Positions 1-8,081 of a stretch of 64,000 nt of DNA are shown here, piece by piece. Origin of the DNA: a virus; IMG/VR virus record IMGVR_UViG_3300050821_004478; one strand, 5' to 3'. The position numbers and the translations under genes are program-made. Within the stretch, counting starts at the first letter, position 1; every line of letters starts with the position of its first letter. The notes under the pieces are model-generated. The model was not told where the DNA came from. It ran no database searches and was given only the letters and a program-made list of their open reading frames with translations.

Positions 1-2
1 AG

Positions 3-488
3 ACCGGCGACCCTCGCCCCGCCGCCACAGTAATGACGGACCTTATCCGGGAGCACAATCTGGTCTATCGCTACACGAATACGAAGGGCAACCCGATGGA
101 GAAGGACCCTATCGAAAATCTGAACGACATCGTCCGCATGGCTGGCCGCCGCAGCAAGGAGACCGGCCTGCCGCTCACCGTCCCGCAATTCCTAGATTGG
201 CTCCGCAAGATCACCTATATGCGACGCTCCAAGACGGAACCAATTCTGACGCTGTCCACGGTCCACCAAGCCAAGGGCCGGGAATGGAAGCGGGTATTCG
301 TGGTCGGCTGCAACCAGGGCACGATGCCGCACAAGGAAGGCGAGCTACTAGAAGAGCATCGTATTTTCTTCGTCGCCGCGAGCAGGGCCGCCGATGAATT
401 GCAAATCTCTTTCACGAAAAATAGGAGTCAATTTCTTAATGAGTTCGCGGAAGATGTGGAAGTATTTGGAGAAGAAGATGAGCAATGA
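3..488 (+). CDS. SF1 (UvrD/Rep-like) helicase, C-terminal part; 5' end lies outside the window
   Basis: Frame is open from the window edge. LSTVHQAKGREWKRVFVVG ... FFVAASRA resembles UvrD_C helicase motifs V-VI. Confidence 0.75.
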   Translation, partial: TGDPRPAATVMTDLIREHNLVYRYTNTKGNPMEKDPIENLNDIVRMAGRRSKETGLPLTVPQFLDWLRKITYMRRSKTEPILTLSTVHQAKGREWKRVFVVGCNQGTMPHKEGELLEEHRIFFVAASRAADELQISFTKNRSQFLNEFAEDVEVFGEEDEQ

Positions 489-672
489 AGAGCGATATCA
501 AATTTTGGCAGATGAAAGTGGTCACGAATATTTCGTTCGTGTAGGCCAAGAAAATGCGTTCGATGAGTGGGTAGCATCGTCGGAAGATGACGAAGTATTT
601 TACGAAGGTCACGATTTTAACGATAGTCGAATCGACGGTCGCTTCACCTTCACCGACCCAAGGAACGAATAA
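478..672 (+). CDS. small acidic hypothetical protein (64 aa)
   Basis: ATG 478 is preceded by GGAGAAG and overlaps the helicase 3' end. Confidence 0.5.
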   Translation: MSNEERYQILADESGHEYFVRVGQENAFDEWVASSEDDEVFYEGHDFNDSRIDGRFTFTDPRNE

Positions 673-1883
673 TGGCGTTCCTTTATATTAATAGCGCCGG
701 AAAACCGTGGCGCAAACACAGTTACAGTGCGGGCAACACTTGGGACCAATGCCCGCTGAAATACAAACTGCAGAAGATTCACGGCTGGCGCGAGAAGAAC
801 AACAAGGCCCGCTTTGAGTTAGGCAAGGCATTCGAATCGGCTATTCAGTACTACCACGAGAATCGCGGGGTGTTGGGCGATGCGATCAAGCACTTTCAAA
901 CTCAGTGGGCCTCGTTTCGAGACAACAAGGAACTGCAGTACACGCGAGTCGAAAAGGATTGGGCGCAGTGCGAACATATCGCGACCGACTGGTTGAAGTT
1001 GTACGCGATTCGCCAGCCGACTCTGCCCATTCCGCTCGGCGGCCAGATAGTGTTTCAGCGGGAGTACGTCAAGGAAGTATTTCCTGGCGACCCGAACTAC
1101 GGAGAAATCGAAGATGCAGGAAAACTTGATATTGTGGCCTTCGTCGAGCCTAATCATCCTATGCTTCCCAAGCTTAACTGGCTCCCCGAGTATGGGGCCT
1201 TCCGTCCAATCATCGTGGACATCAAGACCGCTGGGGCAGATTTTCCTGAACAATACGGAATCGCCGCATACGATACTCAACTACGACGCTACTCATGGCT
1301 CTCTGGCATTCGAGACGTGGCGCTACTTTGGTTCGTCAAGAAAGGTCTGACTATCCAGAAGGGCTACTCGGTCACGCTACTGGAAGACGAGGGATGTATG
1401 AAGGCGGGCCAGGAGGCTGTAGTCGCGATGGTAGAGGACGACGGAATATGGTTGTTGCCGAATGACTTCATGATCGAGGAAATGGAACGAGTCCAAGGCA
1501 AGAAGAATGGTAAGACAGAACAGACCAACGTCGCTAAGGAACGCCGCGCCGCTTGGCTGGATATTAACGGAACGTTCGCTGCCGAGGAGTCGGTTACCAA
1601 GCAGCGGCTGCAGTTCAACGCGGGCTTCGTGACCGTGGAATCGGCGGACGACGCGGGCAAGATCGCACAGCGGCAGATCATAAACATCGTGAACGCTTGG
1701 CACTCCGGTAACTATGAGAACACTTTCGGCGTGCGATACCCGCACGACGACCGCAGCGACCCATACTTTCAAGCGTTCGTCTTGAATAACAAAGATTACA
1801 GAGAAACGAATTTCACCAAATCCGACGAGGATATTGATATCTTCGCGGAGGAAGACAACGAGGCACCACATGAAACGAATTAA
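672..1883 (+). CDS. PD-(D/E)XK (RecB/Cas4-like) nuclease
   Basis: WDQCPLKYKL, GKLDIVAF, IVDIKT (D-x-K) and QLRRY (QxxxY) occur in canonical order. Confidence 0.8.
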   Translation: MAFLYINSAGKPWRKHSYSAGNTWDQCPLKYKLQKIHGWREKNNKARFELGKAFESAIQYYHENRGVLGDAIKHFQTQWASFRDNKELQYTRVEKDWAQCEHIATDWLKLYAIRQPTLPIPLGGQIVFQREYVKEVFPGDPNYGEIEDAGKLDIVAFVEPNHPMLPKLNWLPEYGAFRPIIVDIKTAGADFPEQYGIAAYDTQLRRYSWLSGIRDVALLWFVKKGLTIQKGYSVTLLEDEGCMKAGQEAVVAMVEDDGIWLLPNDFMIEEMERVQGKKNGKTEQTNVAKERRAAWLDINGTFAAEESVTKQRLQFNAGFVTVESADDAGKIAQRQIINIVNAWHSGNYENTFGVRYPHDDRSDPYFQAFVLNNKDYRETNFTKSDEDIDIFAEEDNEAPHETN

Positions 1884-2031
1884 CAAACCGGATATTACCC
1901 GGGAAGATCGATTGTATTGGGAAGAAGTTTTAGAATCGCACGGCCTGGGCGAGAGGCAATTGGGGCTACAGGAGGAACCAGAAATAACTGACAACGAAAC
2001 ACTGGAGGAAATAGATGGCGCGCGACATTAA
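1870..2031 (+). CDS. small acidic hypothetical protein (53 aa)
   Basis: ATG 1870 overlaps the upstream gene end. The longer track ORF from 1834 would overlap more. Confidence 0.4.
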   Translation: MKRINKPDITREDRLYWEEVLESHGLGERQLGLQEEPEITDNETLEEIDGARH

Positions 2032-2431
2032 GCTGACCCGCAACAAAGACATGATAAAATTACGCCGCCGTATGGACGTAAACGATAATTTCATGAATGC
2101 CTTTCAGATCACAAAGACAAGAACGATGGAGCGCGAGATTCCGGCTTGGACGTTAAATGATAAAGAAGTTCAGAAGGTTCTCCTTCGCGCGTTTCCCCGA
2201 CTGCGCACCGACAATAAAGCTGCTATCTGCGCTGGTCGCTGGATGCGTCTTATCCACCTCTACTATCGCGTGCAGATGCCTAACTTCCAAGTTGCCAAAG
2301 AGATGAATATGTCCCTTAATGTGGTCAAAACAACATTGAGCCATATTCGCCGCGTTGCTAAGGGCCGTCGCGCAGACAACACTGCACCACTCATACATAC
2401 TGGCAGAGGTCGCCCTCGTAAGAATAAATGA
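2015..2431 (+). CDS. DNA-binding regulator: sigma-70 region-4-like HTH plus C-terminal AT-hook
   Basis: FQVAKEMNMSLNVVKTTLSHIRRV is an HTH-like segment. The C-terminus GRGRPRK is an AT-hook core. Confidence 0.5.
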   Translation: MARDIKLTRNKDMIKLRRRMDVNDNFMNAFQITKTRTMEREIPAWTLNDKEVQKVLLRAFPRLRTDNKAAICAGRWMRLIHLYYRVQMPNFQVAKEMNMSLNVVKTTLSHIRRVAKGRRADNTAPLIHTGRGRPRKNK

Positions 2432-2470
2432 CCCCCCTCAGACACCTAGTGAGGCAGCACCGGAGACCCG

Positions 2471-3115
2471 ATGATCGTATCGAAAATTCACTCCTGCCGT
2501 GGGCAGGAGGCCGTAGTTCTAGAAGAGAAAGAACCGCCAGCGCCGAAGTGTAACTGCAGACGTAAGATAACCGTCGCGGAGGCTACAGCCATCGTGAAGC
2601 GAGGCGAAGCCAAGTGGATTGTGAAATCACGTAAGCGAGGCGTTCGCCTAGTCGCCTGCTCTCACTGCAAGGGCGGTACAGAGATCAAAATCTGCGCCAA
2701 GTGCAGCGGAACCGGGAAACAAGAAGAGACATACGTCGAAGATATTCCCGGCACCGATATCGTTTACACGAGCGCCGATTCAGTAGATGAGAGCGAGAAG
2801 AAGAAGCGCAAGTGGCTCGCTCCGAAGACGCCTAGGGTGGCAACTGTAGAATCAAAACATATTGTGAGGGCATACGTGGACAAGGTACCGGAGGCCGCGA
2901 AGAGAATAGATCAATACGGCCTATTGATTGTGAAGGAACAATTGCGCATGCTGGCAGAGGGACTTACCAACGAAGAATTTGATGCGGCCTGGGCAGAATA
3001 TGCGGGTCTTGACGATGACTGCAGAGGCCATTTGCTGGTGCAGATAAGGATGGAGCCAGACAATAATGCGGCGCGCGGTGAAGGCCGAGATTACGATTTT
3101 GGGAGGACCATATGA
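2471..3115 (+). CDS. hypothetical protein with DnaJ-type zinc-finger motifs
   Basis: CSHCKGGT and CAKCSGTG give two CxxCxGxG motifs. Confidence 0.55.
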   Translation: MIVSKIHSCRGQEAVVLEEKEPPAPKCNCRRKITVAEATAIVKRGEAKWIVKSRKRGVRLVACSHCKGGTEIKICAKCSGTGKQEETYVEDIPGTDIVYTSADSVDESEKKKRKWLAPKTPRVATVESKHIVRAYVDKVPEAAKRIDQYGLLIVKEQLRMLAEGLTNEEFDAAWAEYAGLDDDCRGHLLVQIRMEPDNNAARGEGRDYDFGRTI

Positions 3116-3651
3116 TTAAGATCAACGTTGTGGGGGACGCTCAAAAAGCCATCAACGCAGTTCTTTTCGAAATCGCAGATCGCCCGTTTTCTGGTCGCCA
3201 TCCCGAACTAGGCAAGATGGTGAACTGCCAATTTTGCGATAGTCGCCACCGCAAGAATGAGCGCCAGTGCGAACAGGTTTTCACATACACTATCGGAGAC
3301 TACGAATATTTCCGAGAAGACGACAAGGGCGAGCTAGTCCCCGATTATCGCACCGCGACGCGCCCGGATGAGAAGCCGACTCGTGGGCAGGTTATGGGCC
3401 GCGCGTCCTTCGCGAGGAAGCGATTGAAGCCGCACCCATCTAAAATGAAGTTGCTGTTCATTCAAAAGACCCGGGAGGTCTTCTCTCAGCTTGAGTTCTC
3501 GCTAGACGACAAGGCAGCGAACTTTCAAGAGAACCTCCAACGCTGCCGGGTACTGGCCGCCCGCGACATCCGTAGGGAGCGCGAGTTTAAAGATCGCGCG
3601 GTACGGCGACGCGCAGATCGGTCTCGCCGCATCAACCTGGGACTGCTATGA
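3112..3651 (+). CDS. hypothetical basic protein
   Basis: ATGA start/stop overlap with the upstream gene; Arg-rich C-terminus. Confidence 0.55.
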   Translation: MIKINVVGDAQKAINAVLFEIADRPFSGRHPELGKMVNCQFCDSRHRKNERQCEQVFTYTIGDYEYFREDDKGELVPDYRTATRPDEKPTRGQVMGRASFARKRLKPHPSKMKLLFIQKTREVFSQLEFSLDDKAANFQENLQRCRVLAARDIRREREFKDRAVRRRADRSRRINLGLL

Positions 3652-3974
3652 GCGACTCTCTTCTCATTGTACCAATTGGAGTACCTCTTGACCCGCATCA
3701 AGATATAATCGGGAAGCACACGCACCTCTTTGCAAAGCGGGAGAATTTCACGCCGCCAACTAATGACGCACGAGATTGTATTTGCGGAGGCGGCAAGATT
3801 GGTGCTACGAGCCGCTCGTTGATCGCTAACTGCCCATGCTGCGACGGTGTGCAGCTTTTAGTTGTGGATACTTGTGATTGCGATGACCCGAGTTTCATCA
3901 AATTTCGAGCGGTACTGCCGCCTGATATGAAGATGAGAATCAGGCGCATTGAGACAGCGGAGCCGATATGCTAA
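3648..3974 (+). CDS. Cys-rich hypothetical protein
   Basis: ATGA overlap; CICGGG, CPCCDG and CDCDD clusters. Confidence 0.5.
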   Translation: MSDSLLIVPIGVPLDPHQDIIGKHTHLFAKRENFTPPTNDARDCICGGGKIGATSRSLIANCPCCDGVQLLVVDTCDCDDPSFIKFRAVLPPDMKMRIRRIETAEPIC

Positions 3975-4753
3975 AAGATATTACCATTGTCATTCCGACC
4001 TTCCACCGCCGAGGCTATCTGCGGGACTGTCTCGATGGGATTCAAAAGAACTTGCCTGAGTGTCAAGTGAGAATTGCGCAAGACGATGATGGCGACTGCA
4101 CGCTGGAACAAAGCGCATACAACACGTATTATTGGGCGAAGCTGCCGTACGACAGCGGTCTCACCGCGAAGCGCAACGCGGCGGTTAGATTAGTGGATAC
4201 GCAATATACATTAATGGGCAGCGATGACTTCGACTTTTCTACGCCAGAAGTACGAGAAGGTATCATCCGGATGGTCCGGATACTGAAATCATCCGAGATC
4301 GATATAGGGCGAGAGATCGACGTGGTCGCCGGAAGGGTCAATGACCGCTCTTACGAAGGATTCCTTGAGTACGTCCCAGGTGAGTATATCAAAGAGCACG
4401 CTCTTCGCAATGAACTTCCGTTCAGGTTGAAGCCGTTCGTGCTGTGGGAGATCGATATCGCTGCGAATTACTTCCTGGCCCGCACCGAAGTTCTACGAGC
4501 TATGCCGTGGGACGAGAGCATTAAGCCAATAGGAGGGGAACATGCGGATTGGTTCCTCGACTTAAAGGAAGCGGGCATGAAGGTAGTATTCTCATCGCCG
4601 TATGCAAATATCAATCAGATACCGTACGACGCGAGCAAGCAGCACCCGGATTACAACAAACTTCGCTGCCGCGCTGTTACGACCGGCCACGCGCTGATGA
4701 TGAAGAAGCGCAACATCAAGCACTACTACGGATTTGATGAGCAAGTAAAATAG
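3968..4753 (+). CDS. glycosyltransferase, GT2-like (GT-A fold)
   Basis: ITIVIPTFHRRGYL N-terminus and a GSDDFDF DxD-like motif. Confidence 0.6.
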   Translation: MLKDITIVIPTFHRRGYLRDCLDGIQKNLPECQVRIAQDDDGDCTLEQSAYNTYYWAKLPYDSGLTAKRNAAVRLVDTQYTLMGSDDFDFSTPEVREGIIRMVRILKSSEIDIGREIDVVAGRVNDRSYEGFLEYVPGEYIKEHALRNELPFRLKPFVLWEIDIAANYFLARTEVLRAMPWDESIKPIGGEHADWFLDLKEAGMKVVFSSPYANINQIPYDASKQHPDYNKLRCRAVTTGHALMMKKRNIKHYYGFDEQVK

Positions 4754-4761
4754 GAGGCAAC

Positions 4762-4959
4762 ATGAAGATCAAGAGACAGAAGAAAGTGAAGCCGATCACG
4801 ATTGGCTCGGTAGTTCAATTGAAGAGTGGCGGGTCGCTTATGACAGTGGTCAGCGCCGTCTCAAACCCTAACCCAATTCTCACCGTAATTTGGGAAGCCG
4901 ATGACTCACGTCTCGCGAAGTCCGAGATTCCCATTCAAGCACTTCGACTGGTGCGCTAA
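4762..4959 (+). CDS. DUF2158-like small protein
   Basis: GSVVQLKSGGSLMTVV resembles the YodC/DUF2158 signature; AGGAGG RBS. Confidence 0.55.
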   Translation: MKIKRQKKVKPITIGSVVQLKSGGSLMTVVSAVSNPNPILTVIWEADDSRLAKSEIPIQALRLVR

Positions 4960-5912
4960 TGGACCTCGTCCTTTTCCACCAAAATTGTCCTGATGGTTGG
5001 GCGGCGGCCTACATCTGCAAGATGAAGTATCCGGAAGCAGAACTGTTGCCGCTGAATCACGGTCTTAACGATAACCAGCTTAATTCGCTATTCAATATCT
5101 GCGCAGGCAAAGATGTCATCATGGTTGACTACTCGCTCCGCACTCGTGAGTTGAATGACCAACTAAATTTGGTCGCGAAATCGTTCCGCATCCTCGACCA
5201 CCACAAGACAGCCCAGGCTGCGCTCAACGGCGCAGAGTACGCCACATTCGACATGAAACGCTCGGGCGCGGGACTTGCGTGGGATTATCTCTTCGGCAAA
5301 GATTGTAAAGATCGTCCCGCTCAGAGTTTGGATAAACCGGGCGGCGTGATGTATATGTTTGAATCGCGTCCGTGGTGGGTGAACTACACCGAAGATCAAG
5401 ACCTCTGGAATTGGGCGTTGCCTGATTCACAACTCATCAACGCGTGGCTGATGGTTCAACCACGTACTATGGAAACGTGGGATATTATCCAAAACAAAAT
5501 TTCCGCAAACGACGCGCGACGCAGCGGTATGGGCGTCCGCGAATACATCGAATACTATACCCGCTCCGTAGTCGCGGAGGCGCAGGAAGGTGTGTTCGAA
5601 GGCTACAAGACTGGCGTACTAAACATCCCGTACGTCGGAGTAAGCGAGGCAGGCGCGGCGCTGATCGACAAGGGCTACGATATCGGCTTACTGTGGTTCG
5701 AACGCGGCGACGGTATCACGCAGTTTTCTCTCCGCAGCTTACACAGTGGCAACGTAGACGTGAGTGCAATTGCAAAGAAGTACGGGGGCGGCGGCCACGG
5801 AACAGCCGCAGGCTTCCAGCTATCTATGCCGGAAGGCCGCATTTTAGTTGACAAAATTCTGAATCGAATCACTTACACCACATTCGTTCAGCCAGGAGGA
5901 TGTGTAAAATGA
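4959..5912 (+). CDS. DHH/DHHA1-family phosphoesterase (NrnA/RecJ-like)
   Basis: HQNCPDG, MVDYS, LDHHKT (DHH) and GGGGHGTAAGF (DHHA1 GGGH) occur in order. Confidence 0.8.
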   Translation: MDLVLFHQNCPDGWAAAYICKMKYPEAELLPLNHGLNDNQLNSLFNICAGKDVIMVDYSLRTRELNDQLNLVAKSFRILDHHKTAQAALNGAEYATFDMKRSGAGLAWDYLFGKDCKDRPAQSLDKPGGVMYMFESRPWWVNYTEDQDLWNWALPDSQLINAWLMVQPRTMETWDIIQNKISANDARRSGMGVREYIEYYTRSVVAEAQEGVFEGYKTGVLNIPYVGVSEAGAALIDKGYDIGLLWFERGDGITQFSLRSLHSGNVDVSAIAKKYGGGGHGTAAGFQLSMPEGRILVDKILNRITYTTFVQPGGCVK

Positions 5913-6622
5913 CCTTACTCGTTGCTGTTAAGTCGTGCCGCGCTGACTTAGATCGCGGCTACCACGATGTGATTCGCGCGACCTGGGGCCAAGACTTGAG
6001 GAACCGAAACGTCTTAGTCCGGTTCTTCGTAGGTCATACCGGGGCGGATTATTTTCTAGCGCACCCCAAGGCCGACGCTCGGACGTTGAAGAGCGACGAG
6101 GTTGTCGCAGATAGCGCGGATGATTACGACGCGTTGCCTTTCAAGGTCCGCTCAATCTGTCATTGGGTGACCACCAAGAATATCGACCACGTTTTTCTCT
6201 GCGACACAGATACTTATGTGAATGCAAGCAGGCTTCTGACGTGCGGATATCGGAGATTTGACTATGCTGGTAAGATCAGCAAGCCAATTGGCGAAACTTT
6301 TCCTTACGACGCGGTTGACCGTCGCGGCGTTACTACGCATATCGCTGAGTGCCACCCGTGGGCTAGCGGTGGTTACGGTTACTTCCTATCTAGGGAGGCG
6401 ATGTTCTTGATCTCAGATTCTTATCCTAAGGGGTGGGCAGAAGACTTGTGGGTTGGACAAGTATTAGGGCCAGAATTCGCTAAGGGCGACATGCTCGCGC
6501 TCGATCTACCAGCGGGCGCTTACTCGCAGCACTTCCCGCAATTGAAGTACGGGTCCGGTTATGACCCGAAGCTGAAGTGGATGGAAGCTGCGCACCTAGT
6601 GAACAAGACGGTGAACGGATGA
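5909..6622 (+). CDS. glycosyltransferase, GT31-like (beta-1,3-Gal/GlcNAc-T or Fringe-like)
   Basis: LLVAVKSCRADL..IRATWG, DDYDALPFK, FLCDTDTYV (DxD), SGGYGYFLSR and EDLWVG. The start was chosen at the ATGA overlap after AGGAGGA. Confidence 0.7.
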   Translation: MTLLVAVKSCRADLDRGYHDVIRATWGQDLRNRNVLVRFFVGHTGADYFLAHPKADARTLKSDEVVADSADDYDALPFKVRSICHWVTTKNIDHVFLCDTDTYVNASRLLTCGYRRFDYAGKISKPIGETFPYDAVDRRGVTTHIAECHPWASGGYGYFLSREAMFLISDSYPKGWAEDLWVGQVLGPEFAKGDMLALDLPAGAYSQHFPQLKYGSGYDPKLKWMEAAHLVNKTVNG

Positions 6623-7305
6623 AGACCGCGCTTTTAGTTATAGCCACAGGAGAGCGATATCACCAGTATGTTAATCCACTGCTGGAGTCTGCTAAAGAAT
6701 TTTTCGTGGAGCACGACGCGTTCTTATGGGCGGACGAACTAATTCCCAGCATCGCGAAATTTCAACTTCAAAAGTATGCCTTGGGATTTCCAAACGAGAC
6801 GCTGTACAGATACCACACCTTCTTTGAACAGTATCAATTTCTTGAGAAGTACGACTACTTGTTTTACATCGACGTAGACATGCGATTCGTTGCCCCGGTA
6901 GGGGAGGAGATATTCTCTGATGGTATAACGGCCACGCTACATCCGGGCTATGTCGGCACACCGGGTACACCGGAGCGTCGCGCTGAGTCGATGGCAGTTA
7001 TTCCACAAGGAAGCAACAACAGGTATTTCTGCGGAGGTTTCAATGGCGGGACTTCGGGGCATTTTCTGCGCATGGCACAAGCTATAAAAGGAGCAGTCGA
7101 CGAAGATGCGAGTAGAGGAATCACAGCTATATGGCACGATGAATCGCACTTAAACAGATACCTATACTTGAATGGTCCAACGAAAGTTCTCGACCCGTCT
7201 TACTGCTACCCGGAGAACGCAGGTCCATACTACACAAGCAAGTGGAAGGCCGCAGGCTTGATTGTCACTCCAAAGATTCTGGCGTTAACCAAGGCGGGCA
7301 AATGA
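6619..7305 (+). CDS. glycosyltransferase family 6 (ABO / alpha-1,3-Gal(NAc) transferase-like)
   Basis: YIDVDMRF (DxD), TLHPGY, PERR, YFCGGFNGG and IWHDESHLNRYL..PTKVLDPSY mirror the catalytic motifs of vertebrate GT6 enzymes. ATGA overlap start. Confidence 0.9.
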   Translation: MKTALLVIATGERYHQYVNPLLESAKEFFVEHDAFLWADELIPSIAKFQLQKYALGFPNETLYRYHTFFEQYQFLEKYDYLFYIDVDMRFVAPVGEEIFSDGITATLHPGYVGTPGTPERRAESMAVIPQGSNNRYFCGGFNGGTSGHFLRMAQAIKGAVDEDASRGITAIWHDESHLNRYLYLNGPTKVLDPSYCYPENAGPYYTSKWKAAGLIVTPKILALTKAGK

Positions 7306-8081
7306 TTACAGTGAAGCTGATGGGCGGGATGGGCAATCAGATGTTTCAATACGCTATGGGACTGGCGGTGGCGCGTCGCCTCGATACTCGCGTCCAGCTT
7401 GATACATCCCTCCTGGGAGTCAATCGACCTCTTGCTCTCCATCAGTGGAATATAGATGCTCTCCAATTAGCGCCCCGTCACGCTGCCACCGTTCACGAAC
7501 AAGGCATGCGGTACAATCAGGCGACAGTGGATAGCATTAAGGACGGCGACGTTCTACAAGGCTATTGGCAGAGCGAAAAGTATTTCTACGACCCGGATGC
7601 ATTGCGCGGCGAGTTCACACCGCTGACTTGGTCTATCAGATCGCGGGATTTATTGAAACAAATTTTTCAAAGCAATTCAGTCGCAGTTCATGTTCGTCGC
7701 GGCGACTATCTGAATGAACCGCACAAGAGTTTTCACGGCATACTCTCAGATAAATACTACGCCGATGCTATGACGCGCATTTGGCACGAGCGTGGACTCA
7801 GTGCTCGATTTTTCATATTCTCCGACGACATAAAATGGGTGAAGAGCAATTTTTCTTCCGAACCATTCACCTTTGTGGAACCAGGCACCGAATCAGAAGA
7901 TATTTACCTGATGTCGATCTGCAACCACGCGATCATCGCTAACAGTTCTTTCTCGTGGTGGGGCGCGTGGTTGGGCGACAAGCAAAAGAACCGCACGGTG
8001 ATTGCTCCCGCAAAGTGGTTTGCTGACGGGTCGGGAGAAGACTACTCAGATATCGTACCGGAGCGATGGATTAAAATATGA
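7302..8081 (+). CDS. alpha-1,2-fucosyltransferase, GT11
   Basis: GGMGNQMFQYA, HVRRGDY and ANSSFSWWGAWL motifs; ATGA overlap start. Confidence 0.9.
   Translation: MITVKLMGGMGNQMFQYAMGLAVARRLDTRVQLDTSLLGVNRPLALHQWNIDALQLAPRHAATVHEQGMRYNQATVDSIKDGDVLQGYWQSEKYFYDPDALRGEFTPLTWSIRSRDLLKQIFQSNSVAVHVRRGDYLNEPHKSFHGILSDKYYADAMTRIWHERGLSARFFIFSDDIKWVKSNFSSEPFTFVEPGTESEDIYLMSICNHAIIANSSFSWWGAWLGDKQKNRTVIAPAKWFADGSGEDYSDIVPERWIKI

Noticed and set aside
33-488. A complete 151-aa gene starting at Met33.
   Set aside because: The reading frame is open to the window edge, and the sequence corresponds only to the C-terminal motifs of an SF1 helicase.
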